Positions 28,457-37,943 of a stretch of 44,277 nucleotides of DNA are shown one piece after another. Source of the DNA: a virus (lineage: Duplodnaviria > Caudoviricetes). Position 1 is the stretch's first letter, and each line of letters opens with the position of its first letter. The DNA is taken from positions 1-44,277 of IMG/VR virus record IMGVR_UViG_3300020374_000007; one strand, given 5' to 3'. Made by a program: the position numbers and the translations under genes. The notes under the pieces are model-generated. The model saw only the letters and a list, made by a program, of their open reading frames with translations. It ran no database searches and was not told where the DNA came from.

Positions 28457-29902
28457 ATGCCACTTTCACCATATTTTTTACAAGGATCATCAAGTGAACA
28501 AAGATTAGTTCAAGATCTTATAAATGAACAACTAAAAATTTATGGGCAAGATATTGTTTATCTTCCCCGAAAAGTAATTAATAAAAATACAATTATAAAA
28601 GAAGTAACAGCATCAACTTTTGATGATGCTTATCGTATGGAGGCATATCTCTTAAATTATCAAGGGTTTGAAGGTAATGGGGATATTTTACAAAAATTTG
28701 GAGTTCAAACTACAGATGCAGTAACTTTTGTAGTATCAAAAGAAAGATATGAGGATTTCATTAGTCCATTTTTATCTACAGATAATCAAATAGAATTAGC
28801 AACAAGGCCAGAAGAAGGAGATTTAATTTATTTTCCTCTTGACAATACAATGTTTGAAATCAAGTATGTTGAGGGTAAAAAACCATTTTATCAATTGAAC
28901 AATCTTTATGTTTACACTTTAAGTTGTGAGGTGATGGATTATGCCCTTGATGAGAATATTGATACTGGAATTCAAGCAGTAGATGAAGCAGCTGTAGAGT
29001 TTGGATATACTACAAGATTGAGTATGGTTGGTATTGCTGCATCAACTGCAAGTGCTACTGTTCAATTATCTAAAGATATAGGTAATACTAATATTGGTAA
29101 GGGAATTGCAGTTATAGATTTGATAAATGATGGAACAGGATATACATTACCACCATTGATTGGTATATCATCAGCACCAAGTCAGGGTACTAATGCAACT
29201 GCTGTTGCAATTATGACCAGTCGAAGTGGTCAAAATGGACAATCAGTAGACCGTATTGAATTAACAAATCCTGGTTTTGGTTACACAATCGCACCAACAA
29301 TTACAATTCGAAGTCAAAATGTATTCGGAACAGGTGCTGCAGCAACTGCAATTATATCTGACGGAACTCTATCTACACCAGTCATTAACCAGGCTGGAGC
29401 AAGTTATGGTGCGGTTCCTACGGTAACTTTCAATCCTGTTGGTTTAGATACTAATATCGGAGTAGGGTCAACCGCACAAGCAATTGCTATTATTAATACA
29501 CTCGGTAAACTAGCATCTATTAGATATTCAAATGCTGGATTTGGTTACACTACAGCACCGACTCTTACTATATCACCGCCTGCAGCAGTTGGATTTGCAA
29601 CTGGAAATTATCTCTTTAAAGAATTAGTTCGAGGAGTTTCAACAGGAACAACAGCATACGTTTCTAGTTGGGATTCAGATGATCGAATACTTAAAGTTAC
29701 AAATGTTGCTGGAAGTGGATTCGCAATTGGAGAAGCAGTTGTTGGTATCGGAACAACCATGTTAGGATCAGATTCTAAGTATATTATAAGAAGTGCATCT
29801 GATCAAGATGAGTATGATAATTATAACGAAAATATAGTCGTAGAGTCTGAAGCAGACTCAATTATAGACTTTACCGAAGACAACCCATTCGGTGACTTCT
29901 AA
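28457..29902 (+). CDS. g14: Neck protein gp14 with internal repeat insertion
   Basis: EQRLVQDLINEQLKIYGQD..YLPR, RPEEGDLIYFPL, FEIKYVE..PFYQL, DFTEDNPFG. Confidence 0.93.
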   Translation: MPLSPYFLQGSSSEQRLVQDLINEQLKIYGQDIVYLPRKVINKNTIIKEVTASTFDDAYRMEAYLLNYQGFEGNGDILQKFGVQTTDAVTFVVSKERYEDFISPFLSTDNQIELATRPEEGDLIYFPLDNTMFEIKYVEGKKPFYQLNNLYVYTLSCEVMDYALDENIDTGIQAVDEAAVEFGYTTRLSMVGIAASTASATVQLSKDIGNTNIGKGIAVIDLINDGTGYTLPPLIGISSAPSQGTNATAVAIMTSRSGQNGQSVDRIELTNPGFGYTIAPTITIRSQNVFGTGAAATAIISDGTLSTPVINQAGASYGAVPTVTFNPVGLDTNIGVGSTAQAIAIINTLGKLASIRYSNAGFGYTTAPTLTISPPAAVGFATGNYLFKELVRGVSTGTTAYVSSWDSDDRILKVTNVAGSGFAIGEAVVGIGTTMLGSDSKYIIRSASDQDEYDNYNENIVVESEADSIIDFTEDNPFGDF

Positions 29903-29929
29903 ATAGTTCGGATAAGTCCTGTTTAAGAT

Positions 29930-30982
29930 ATGTTAGGAACCTATTATTACCATGAGATAATCAGAAGGACTATTATATCCTTTGGTACTCTTTTCAATAC
30001 AATTGATATAAAACATCAGACTGCTGCAGGTGCACCATTTTCAACTGTAAGGGTTCCAATTGCTTATGGCCCAACAGAAAAATTCTTGGCAAGATTAGAA
30101 CAGAAACCAGATTTAAGAAAGAGAGTTGCAATAACTTTACCTCGTTTAGCATTTGAGATGGATGGAATATCATACGATCCTGCAAGAAAAGTTTCAACAA
30201 TGCAAACTTTTAAAGCATTTACAAAAGATGGTTCAAAGAGTGCAAGAAAGGTATTCATGCCTGTTCCTTATAATTTAAGTTTTAAGTTATATGCAATGAC
30301 TCAATATAATGAAGACTCTCTACAAATTATTGAACAAATATTACCATTCTTTCAACCATCATTTAACCTAACTGTAGATCTAGTTAAGGCAATAGGTGAA
30401 AAGAGAGATATACCAATGGTATTAGAAAGTGTGACCTTTGATGATAATTATGATAGTGGATATGATGAAAAACGAATCATAACTCACACACTATCATTTA
30501 CTGCAAAAACTTATCTATTTGGCCCAGTATCAGATTCTGGTTCAGGACTCATCAAGAAAGTTCAGGTTGATTATAATACAAATACCAATACTCGAACTGC
30601 AACAAGGTCAAAGAGATATATTGCTGAACCAAGAGCACTCAAAGATTATAATGATGATGCAGTTACATCACTTGCAGAGGATATTACAAAAACTCAAATC
30701 AAATTCTTAGTTCAGGACACATCAAGTTTAGTTCTTGATACCTACATTGCAATCGGTGATGAATTGATGTTTATTAAAGAAATTAGTGGAAATAATATTA
30801 CTGTTAGGCGTGGTGAAGATGGAACAACTATAGATACTCATGTAAATGGTGACACAATTGACGCTGTTAATGCTCAAGATGATGCTCTAGTTGAACTCGG
30901 AGATGACTTTGGATTTAGTGAGCAGAGGTTTGATTTACCTGACTTCAGAAGTTACAGCCCTACAAAAGGAGTTGATGTATGA
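29930..30982 (+). CDS. g15: Tail sheath stabiliser / terminator gp15
   Basis: YYYHEIIRRTII.FGTLFN, VPIAYGP..KFLARL, TLPRLAFE, QIIEQILPFFQP. Confidence 0.95.
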   Translation: MLGTYYYHEIIRRTIISFGTLFNTIDIKHQTAAGAPFSTVRVPIAYGPTEKFLARLEQKPDLRKRVAITLPRLAFEMDGISYDPARKVSTMQTFKAFTKDGSKSARKVFMPVPYNLSFKLYAMTQYNEDSLQIIEQILPFFQPSFNLTVDLVKAIGEKRDIPMVLESVTFDDNYDSGYDEKRIITHTLSFTAKTYLFGPVSDSGSGLIKKVQVDYNTNTNTRTATRSKRYIAEPRALKDYNDDAVTSLAEDITKTQIKFLVQDTSSLVLDTYIAIGDELMFIKEISGNNITVRRGEDGTTIDTHVNGDTIDAVNAQDDALVELGDDFGFSEQRFDLPDFRSYSPTKGVDV

Positions 30983-31395
30983 GTAAATTTGATGAGATAG
31001 ATGAATTTTTGGATGTAGATCCAGTTGATACACCAAAAAAGAACCAAATTGAAAAAGTAGAAAAGAAAGAAGATTCGACTCTTGACTATGAGTACTCAAG
31101 GGGAAACTTATATTCTTTAATTGAAAAGGGACAAGAAGCACTTAATGGTATTCTAGAAGTGGCACAGGGAAGTGACCACCCCAGAGCATACGAAGTTGCA
31201 GGACAAATAATTAAAAGTGTTGGAGATACAACTGATAAGTTAATTGATCTTCAATCAAAAATGAAAGAATTAAACAAAGAGGAAAAAGACTCTCCAAAAA
31301 CAGTCAATAATGCATTATTTGTGGGATCAACTTCAGATTTATCAAAATTGTTAAAAAAGGGTGTTCTAAATAATAATACTACTGAAGAATCTTAA
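30979..31395 (+). CDS. g16: Terminase small subunit gp16
   Basis: DYEYSRGNLY.LIEKGQEA, HPRAYEVAGQ, NNALFVGSTSDL. Confidence 0.95.
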   Translation: MSKFDEIDEFLDVDPVDTPKKNQIEKVEKKEDSTLDYEYSRGNLYSLIEKGQEALNGILEVAQGSDHPRAYEVAGQIIKSVGDTTDKLIDLQSKMKELNKEEKDSPKTVNNALFVGSTSDLSKLLKKGVLNNNTTEES

Positions 31396-31397
31396 TA

Positions 31398-33014
31398 ATG
31401 TCAGATGATTTAAGAGACTTCTTCTCTGAGATCTCAAAGTCAAAGAAAGAGAAAAAGAAAAAATTAGAAGAAGCAAAGAAAGAACTTAAATCCATCGTAG
31501 GGGACTTAGGGTTAGATTCTTTGTTTGAAGATTTTGGTAATATAAAAAAAGAACAAGCAGAAAAAGAAAAAAAGCAAACAAAAAAACTTGATGCATTTGA
31601 AAATTTTTTTTCAAATATAGAAAAACCTAAACCAAAGAAAGTTGTAGAAGAACCTATAGAAGAGGAAATAATTGAAGAACCTGTAATCACAGAAGAGCAA
31701 GAAGTAGAAGAAATAAGTGAAGAAGAATTAGAAAAAGAAATAGAAGAAGTCAGAGAAGAGGCTTCTTTAGTTGAAAAATCTCTAGGATTACTTGCAATAA
31801 CTGATGATAATAAAGATCCATTAACCCCACTAGATCAAGAGTTTTCTAATTTTGAAGAGTTTCAAAAGCATTATTCAGTTTTAATCCAAAGAATACAGCA
31901 GCAATTATCCACATTAGGTGGAGGTGGTGAAGTAAATTTCAAACGTTTAGATGATGTTACATGGAATGGATCTGATGATAATGGTAAATTCTTAAAATAC
32001 AATAGCACTACAGAAAAATTTGAATTTGCAACTGTCTCTGGAGGAGGTGGTGGAACAGCTGGTGCTGGTAGTACATGGACATCTACTGCTACTGGAATCA
32101 GCACCACAAAAAATGTATCAATTGGTGGATTGCTAACTACTACTAATGGTTTAAATGTATTTGGAGTAAGTACATTCAATACTAACGATGTCGTTATTGG
32201 AGCAGGAAATACTGAACTTGTTGTTAATGGAGATGCTCGTATAACTGGTATATTAACAATTGGACAAAGTTCATTAAAATTAGACGGAACCAATAATATA
32301 GTAAATGTCGGAACAGCACTAACACTTGGACATACAAATGGTATTCAGTTCCACACTCAAAATTTACATGCTTCTGGTTTTGAAGTTAATAATATTAACG
32401 CCTCTGGGATTATAACTGCAACGAACAGATTAGATATTAAGAGTGATGATTCAACTTCAGGTAGAATTTATTTTTATTGCGAATCAAATAATGCACATTA
32501 TTTAAATTTACAAGCACCACCACATTCTGATTTTTCAGGAAATCCAACAGTGCTTTTACCAAACTCAGCAGGAACACTTCTACTTGCTAATGGTAATGGA
32601 GTAAATCTTTCAGGTATTGTAACATCTATTGTTGCTGGTGTTAATGTAACACTTGCTGGTGGCCCAACTGGAATTGTTACGGTGGGCGTTACCACAGAAC
32701 AAGTTCAGGATATTGTAGGAGCAATGTTCTCAGGTAATACTGAAACGAACATCACTGCAACCTATCAAGATAGTGATGGAACTATCGATTTAGCTGCATC
32801 TGGTGGAGGAGGTGGATCACAAAATGTATTTTCTACAATTGCAGTTAGTGGACAAAATAACGTGGTTGCTGACGCTACAACAGATACGTTGACATTAGTT
32901 GCTGGTTCTAATGTAACAATAACCACAGATGATTCAGCAGATTCAGTAACGATTGCAGCATCTAGTGGAGGTGGTGGAACTGTTGATTTATTAGAGATGA
33001 TGTTGTTCACATAA
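31398..33014 (+). CDS. Fibre-like protein with Glu/Lys-rich N-terminus and DPLTPLDQ...QLSTLGGGG motif (538 aa)
   Basis: ORF track; Gly/Thr-rich fibre-type C-terminal half; TCTAAATA late-promoter-like motif at 31365-31372. Confidence 0.75.
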   Translation: MSDDLRDFFSEISKSKKEKKKKLEEAKKELKSIVGDLGLDSLFEDFGNIKKEQAEKEKKQTKKLDAFENFFSNIEKPKPKKVVEEPIEEEIIEEPVITEEQEVEEISEEELEKEIEEVREEASLVEKSLGLLAITDDNKDPLTPLDQEFSNFEEFQKHYSVLIQRIQQQLSTLGGGGEVNFKRLDDVTWNGSDDNGKFLKYNSTTEKFEFATVSGGGGGTAGAGSTWTSTATGISTTKNVSIGGLLTTTNGLNVFGVSTFNTNDVVIGAGNTELVVNGDARITGILTIGQSSLKLDGTNNIVNVGTALTLGHTNGIQFHTQNLHASGFEVNNINASGIITATNRLDIKSDDSTSGRIYFYCESNNAHYLNLQAPPHSDFSGNPTVLLPNSAGTLLLANGNGVNLSGIVTSIVAGVNVTLAGGPTGIVTVGVTTEQVQDIVGAMFSGNTETNITATYQDSDGTIDLAASGGGGGSQNVFSTIAVSGQNNVVADATTDTLTLVAGSNVTITTDDSADSVTIAASSGGGGTVDLLEMMLFT

Positions 33015-33017
33015 ATA
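33010..33017 (+). promoter_or_regulatory. Late promoter variant CATAAATA
   Basis: NATAAATA overlapping a stop codon, 20 bp before the next ATG. Confidence 0.55.
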
Positions 33018-33037
33018 TTTCAAAACGATAATAGATA

Positions 33038-33397
33038 ATGGCATTAGCAAAAACTGGATTAGGTGGAATTGCTGCAGTGAGTGGAAACTCAACTTCTGCA
33101 GTATATACTGTTAGTAGTAGTAAAACTTCTTATATAAGAGGATTGATACTTTTCAATACTAGTAATACAGATCAAATAATTGTAGCAGTTCATGTTGTTC
33201 CTAATAATGGTGGGAGTGTTGGTACTGCTGCGGCCGCAAATAAACTAGCAAGATTAACTTTATCAAATAATGATACTTATTTTTTAGAATTTCCTTATCC
33301 AATTACACTAACAACTGATAATGATACGATTCAAGTCAATGTTGAAACTGCAAGTATTGCTTGTAATGTTTTAGTGATTGGAGATAAGGAAGCATAA
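33038..33397 (+). CDS. Small beta-rich protein (119 aa), probable paralog of 37601..37942
   Basis: MALA..., VYT, N....., DT..L, L...D.I pattern shared with the 113-aa gene. Confidence 0.75.
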   Translation: MALAKTGLGGIAAVSGNSTSAVYTVSSSKTSYIRGLILFNTSNTDQIIVAVHVVPNNGGSVGTAAAANKLARLTLSNNDTYFLEFPYPITLTTDNDTIQVNVETASIACNVLVIGDKEA

Positions 33398-33399
33398 TT

Positions 33400-34191
33400 A
33401 TGCCATTAAGAAGTCTAAAAAATCGTGCAAGTTCACCTCTTGACACTATGGTTAGTGGAAAGGAGATTGATTTTCATTCAGCAAGGTCTGCTAGAGTCAA
33501 TTCAGCAAATGCAAATTTTAGAATATGGTATCACATGAGAGGAGCTAATATGGGTCAGTGGTGGACATATTGGAAAGAGTATGGTAGTAATACATTACAA
33601 GGGCCTTTAACAATGGCCGATAGTGTTGACGGAAGTGTAACAACCGTAAGTGGACAAAAACAATCTAACGATCATGATTCTTGGAGATATGTTGATATAA
33701 ATTTAAACACATATGCCACAGCTACTGCAGGAAAAATAGTTGTAATTTTTAAAAGTGGTGGTGATTACACTAACGATATTTGTTGGTCAGGTCATTTGTT
33801 AACATGTAGAAATGGAGTAACCGTGAATTTCGATCCAGATTTAAATAGACAGAATAATACAGTTAAACCTTGGAGAGCAGAAATTACTCCCACAACTTGG
33901 ACAACTGCTGGTGGTGATGAACCAACAGTTCGAGGAAATTATGGAACAACTTATGGCGATCAGTGGCATTTTGTTGATTATGGATCTAATAATCCAGTTA
34001 ACTATGATTATAGTTCCACTCCATCCAACAATACTGGTGCAGACCGTAATCATCAGGGATATACTGGCGAATATTTCCTTTTTGTTGAAGGAAGTAGTGC
34101 TGGTGGTCAAGCAGGTGATAATGGTTATCCATTTTTCACAGTACATGAGTGGACAGAAAGTTATAATTTACTTACAGGTACACAGGCATAA
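33400..34191 (+). CDS. MAM-domain-like protein (circularly permuted), putative adhesin
   Basis: WYHMRGANMG, SGQKQ...W..V.INL, DIC and TPSNNTG...G.YFLFVEGSS are MAM-like motifs. Confidence 0.6.
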   Translation: MPLRSLKNRASSPLDTMVSGKEIDFHSARSARVNSANANFRIWYHMRGANMGQWWTYWKEYGSNTLQGPLTMADSVDGSVTTVSGQKQSNDHDSWRYVDINLNTYATATAGKIVVIFKSGGDYTNDICWSGHLLTCRNGVTVNFDPDLNRQNNTVKPWRAEITPTTWTTAGGDEPTVRGNYGTTYGDQWHFVDYGSNNPVNYDYSSTPSNNTGADRNHQGYTGEYFLFVEGSSAGGQAGDNGYPFFTVHEWTESYNLLTGTQA

Positions 34192-34454
34192 TGATTACAG
34201 AAATGATAGATTATACTTCAGATGGAACAACCATTACTGTAGAAGTAATGAAACAGGGAAGTGTTTATGTTCATACAGGAACATTATTAATTGAAAATTA
34301 TGAAAATGGAGATGGAAAAAAAGAATTCAACGAACATACTTTAGGTCGTCCATGTTGTGATGAATGGGTAAACTATCTAAATGATTATGAAGACGCATAT
34401 TCTTGGACTGTTACAGATAAATTACATCCAGAGGAATATTTGGATGATTTCTGA
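34191..34454 (+). CDS. Small acidic hypothetical protein (87 aa)
   Basis: TAATG coupling to the upstream gene. Confidence 0.75.
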   Translation: MITEMIDYTSDGTTITVEVMKQGSVYVHTGTLLIENYENGDGKKEFNEHTLGRPCCDEWVNYLNDYEDAYSWTVTDKLHPEEYLDDF

Positions 34455-34457
34455 TAG

Positions 34458-34465
34458 AATAAATA
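34458..34465 (+). promoter_or_regulatory. Late promoter variant AATAAATA
   Basis: Intergenic NATAAATA. Confidence 0.5.
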
Positions 34466-34497
34466 ACTAAAATACTTAGTATGATAAAAAATAAGTA

Positions 34498-35769
34498 ATG
34501 GCTCTCAAGAAACCAGGAGATTTTTTTCAAAAGAAAGAAGTTGCAAAGTTAAAAGAAGAAATAAATCAATTAGTTAATCCTGAATTGAGTTCAGTTTCTA
34601 GTGCATATGACAAATATAAGAATAAAGTAAATAAATTTGAAGAACTTTCAGAAGTAATTGAAGGTGTACAGGAAGAATTAGAGGATATTAAGTATAAAAA
34701 AGAAGAATTTGAAGAAACTGTGATCAAATCATCTCTTTTACTAGAGAAAAAAATAAAAGAATTAAAAGAAGATGTAGTAAAAGAAAGTAAAAATGTTTTA
34801 AGTATTTCTTCAATTAAACACAGAAAACTTGAAGAAGACATTAAAATATATCATGACAAAGCACTTTCTGTAATTCAAAATGAAGTTGGGAAAATTGAAG
34901 AGGGGCAAAAATCTTACAACTCTAAGTTATCAAGCATAAGATCTGAAATTTTTAGAACAGAGGATTTAAAAAAAGTAACTGAAAAAGTTAAAGAAGATTT
35001 AGCTGAGTTTCAAAAAGTAGATTATGATATTTCTGAGAAAATAAAACACATGGAGGATGTGTTTGTTAAGTTTAATGAGCAAGTAACTATTAAAGAAAAT
35101 GTCATAACAGAACCTCCATCTACAGATAATAGTGACCCATTGACTCCTTTGGATCAAAAATTTGTAACCTTTGATAAACTATCTGAACATTATCAATTAT
35201 TCATCAATCGAATACAAAGACAGTTATCAACACTAGGTGGCGGTGGTGCTGTTCGCATTCAGGACATGGATGATATTGATTTATCAAGTGCAAAAGTAAA
35301 TAACAAATTTTTAAAATATAATTCAACTTCTGGTAAATGGGAAGGTGCTAATGCCAGTGGTGGTTCTGGAACTGTTGATATTATAGATGATACAACTCCA
35401 CAATTGGGAGGCAATCTTGATTTAAATTCAAATAATATTACTGGTACTGGTAGTATTAATATTACTGGTACTGTTACAGCTACAGATATTAACTCAGCAT
35501 CTGATATTAAATTAAAGAAAAATATAAAAACAATTGAAAATCCAATATCAAAAATAATGGGAATAGAAGGTGTATCTTTTAATTGGAAATCCGATAATAG
35601 GCCTTCACTCGGAGTTACTGCTGATCATTTACAGAATATTTTACCAGAGTTAGTTAAAGAAGATGATATAAAAAGTGTTAACTATAATGGATTGGTTGGA
35701 CTTCTTATAGAGTGTGTAAAGAATCAACAACAACAAATAGACGAACTTAAAGATCAACTAAATAGTTAA
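34498..35769 (+). CDS. Coiled-coil protein with DPLTPLDQ...QLSTLGGGG motif and C-terminal peptidase S74 intramolecular chaperone
   Basis: SDIKLKKNI..., GVSFNWK, LPELV, SVNYNGLVGLLIECVK.QQ.QIDELK. Confidence 0.85.
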   Translation: MALKKPGDFFQKKEVAKLKEEINQLVNPELSSVSSAYDKYKNKVNKFEELSEVIEGVQEELEDIKYKKEEFEETVIKSSLLLEKKIKELKEDVVKESKNVLSISSIKHRKLEEDIKIYHDKALSVIQNEVGKIEEGQKSYNSKLSSIRSEIFRTEDLKKVTEKVKEDLAEFQKVDYDISEKIKHMEDVFVKFNEQVTIKENVITEPPSTDNSDPLTPLDQKFVTFDKLSEHYQLFINRIQRQLSTLGGGGAVRIQDMDDIDLSSAKVNNKFLKYNSTSGKWEGANASGGSGTVDIIDDTTPQLGGNLDLNSNNITGTGSINITGTVTATDINSASDIKLKKNIKTIENPISKIMGIEGVSFNWKSDNRPSLGVTADHLQNILPELVKEDDIKSVNYNGLVGLLIECVKNQQQQIDELKDQLNS

Positions 35770-35799
35770 AATTACCCAGTGGAGACACGAAGACGGTAG

Positions 35800-37599
35800 A
35801 TGGCAATTAAAATATCTGGAAGTACTATCATTGATGATAGTAGAAATATAGTAAACGCTGGTGTAGTAACAGCAACATCATTCAGTGGAGATGGAACATC
35901 TCTTACTGGAGTTGGTGCATCAGTCACAAATTTAATCTATGTTACTAAAGATGGTAACGATTCAAATTCTGGTTTAAAAATTACAGATGCAAAGGCAACA
36001 ATAAAAGCAGCAGTAGGAATAGCACAATCAAGTTCGGTTATAAAAGTCAGTGCAGGAAATTATATTGAAAATAATCCAATAGAACTTCCCTCACAAATAA
36101 GTATTATCGGAGATAGTTTAAGAGAAGTATCAGTTACTCCACAAAATGCAAATCAAGATTTAATTTATGTTTCACCTGGAGATTATATTAGTGATATATC
36201 TTTTACAGGATCACTAAACTCAGGAAAAGCAGTTTTTGCTTTCAATCCAAGCAAACCAAGATATTCAATCCAATCTCCATACATTCGTAATTGTACTAAT
36301 TTTATTAATAATAGTATTGGTATGAAAATTGATGGAAATCATGTTATAGGGCCATACAAAAGTATGGTTACAGATTCATATACCCAATACAATGCAAATG
36401 GCATAGGTGTTTCAATCACTAATGAAGGATACGCACAATTAGTTTCTATATTTACAATTAATCCAGACATATCAATATTTACAGGATCTGGTGGAATGTG
36501 TGATCTAACAAACTCAAACTCTTCATTTGGAAATTTTGGTTTAGTATCTGATGGAGTTGGGCCTAGAAAATTTACTGGTATTGTTACTGCTGCTGCTTCG
36601 GCAAATTCATCTGAGTTTAAATTAGATTTATCAGTTCCTACATTTAATGTTTCCAATTTTGAGTATGATAACACAACAGGATTGACTACTGTTACTACAT
36701 CTTCAAATCATAATTTTACAGTTGGAATGGGTGTAACTTTAGCAAATATTGTATTATCCTGTGCTTACGGTAATAAAACATATCCTGATGGTGATGTTGG
36801 ATTTGTTTTTGAAGTTAAGTCTTTACCAGCATCAAATAAATTTACTACGCATGTTGGAATATCAACTTTAGCACATTCTTATGTTTCTGGTGGAACAGCA
36901 AAAACAAAAGTTGTAAGACCTTTCGATGGTCAGGTTGTTTATTTTGATGAACTATACCAATCAGTTGGAAAAATTACTGTAACAAATGGTGGGTCTGGAT
37001 ACACTTCAGCACCAACAGTTACCATTGCATCTCCTTCACAATCTTGGGGTATAAATGCAACTGCAATTGCAATAATAGAAAATGGATCAATATCAGAAAT
37101 AACAATTGTTTCTGAAGGTAGAGGTTATACATCAACACCTTCCATTTCTTTTTCAGGTGGTGGGGGATCTTCTGCTGCTGCATCACTAGTAATGGCACCT
37201 CAGTATTTTGTTGTTGAAAAATCAACTCCAATTTCAAGTGGAGTGTCAACGGTTACATTTACAGAAAATGTTCCATTTGCTGTGGGTGTTGGTTCAACTG
37301 TTCCTTTCTTTAAACAAAGTCGAATCTTAGCTTCAAGTCACTCTTTCGAATACATAGGATCAGGAACTGATTTAATTAATTCTCTTCCATCAAGAGGGGG
37401 AGTAACAATTCAAGAAAATGAAATTGATGATCGAAATGGTGGATTGACAATATTCACAAGCACAGATCAAGCAGGTAACTTTAGAATTGGTGATGGTGTT
37501 GTAATTAATCAGCAAGCAGGAACTGTTACTGGTGATTCATATACCAAGAGTTTATTTTCAACAATGACACCATTTATTTTAGCACTAGGAGGAGATTAA
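35800..37599 (+). CDS. Structural/fibre protein with pectin-lyase-like beta-helix start (599 aa)
   Basis: IYVTKDGNDSNSG...ATIKAA...IKVSAGNY.E..P; SPYIRNCT; STDQAGNFRIGD. Confidence 0.75.
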   Translation: MAIKISGSTIIDDSRNIVNAGVVTATSFSGDGTSLTGVGASVTNLIYVTKDGNDSNSGLKITDAKATIKAAVGIAQSSSVIKVSAGNYIENNPIELPSQISIIGDSLREVSVTPQNANQDLIYVSPGDYISDISFTGSLNSGKAVFAFNPSKPRYSIQSPYIRNCTNFINNSIGMKIDGNHVIGPYKSMVTDSYTQYNANGIGVSITNEGYAQLVSIFTINPDISIFTGSGGMCDLTNSNSSFGNFGLVSDGVGPRKFTGIVTAAASANSSEFKLDLSVPTFNVSNFEYDNTTGLTTVTTSSNHNFTVGMGVTLANIVLSCAYGNKTYPDGDVGFVFEVKSLPASNKFTTHVGISTLAHSYVSGGTAKTKVVRPFDGQVVYFDELYQSVGKITVTNGGSGYTSAPTVTIASPSQSWGINATAIAIIENGSISEITIVSEGRGYTSTPSISFSGGGGSSAAASLVMAPQYFVVEKSTPISSGVSTVTFTENVPFAVGVGSTVPFFKQSRILASSHSFEYIGSGTDLINSLPSRGGVTIQENEIDDRNGGLTIFTSTDQAGNFRIGDGVVINQQAGTVTGDSYTKSLFSTMTPFILALGGD

Positions 37600-37600
37600 A

Positions 37601-37942
37601 ATGGCATTAGCACAAAACGTATTTCGAACAATTACAAATGTAGTTCCTTCAAGTCCAGTCGGTATATACACTGCACCAGTTGGTTACTCTGGAGTTGTTC
37701 TTTTGGCATCTGCAACAAATATTGGTGGCAGCACACAAACGGTATCATTTTCACATGAAAGATCAGTTGCTGGCGTTGCAGTGACAACTGAAGTTTTAAA
37801 AACGTTCCCGATTGAATCAAGTGATACTGCAAATTTACTTTCTGGTAAGTTAGTTCTTGAAAGTGGAGATATAATTGTTTTATCAGCAAGTAATGGAACT
37901 GATGTAAAATTTATTGGAAGTGTCTTGGAGACGTTAAACTAA
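37601..37942 (+). CDS. Small beta-rich protein (113 aa)
   Basis: IYTAP.GY..VVL, KLVLESGD; tight spacing to both neighbours. Confidence 0.8.
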   Translation: MALAQNVFRTITNVVPSSPVGIYTAPVGYSGVVLLASATNIGGSTQTVSFSHERSVAGVAVTTEVLKTFPIESSDTANLLSGKLVLESGDIIVLSASNGTDVKFIGSVLETLN

Positions 37943-37943
37943 A

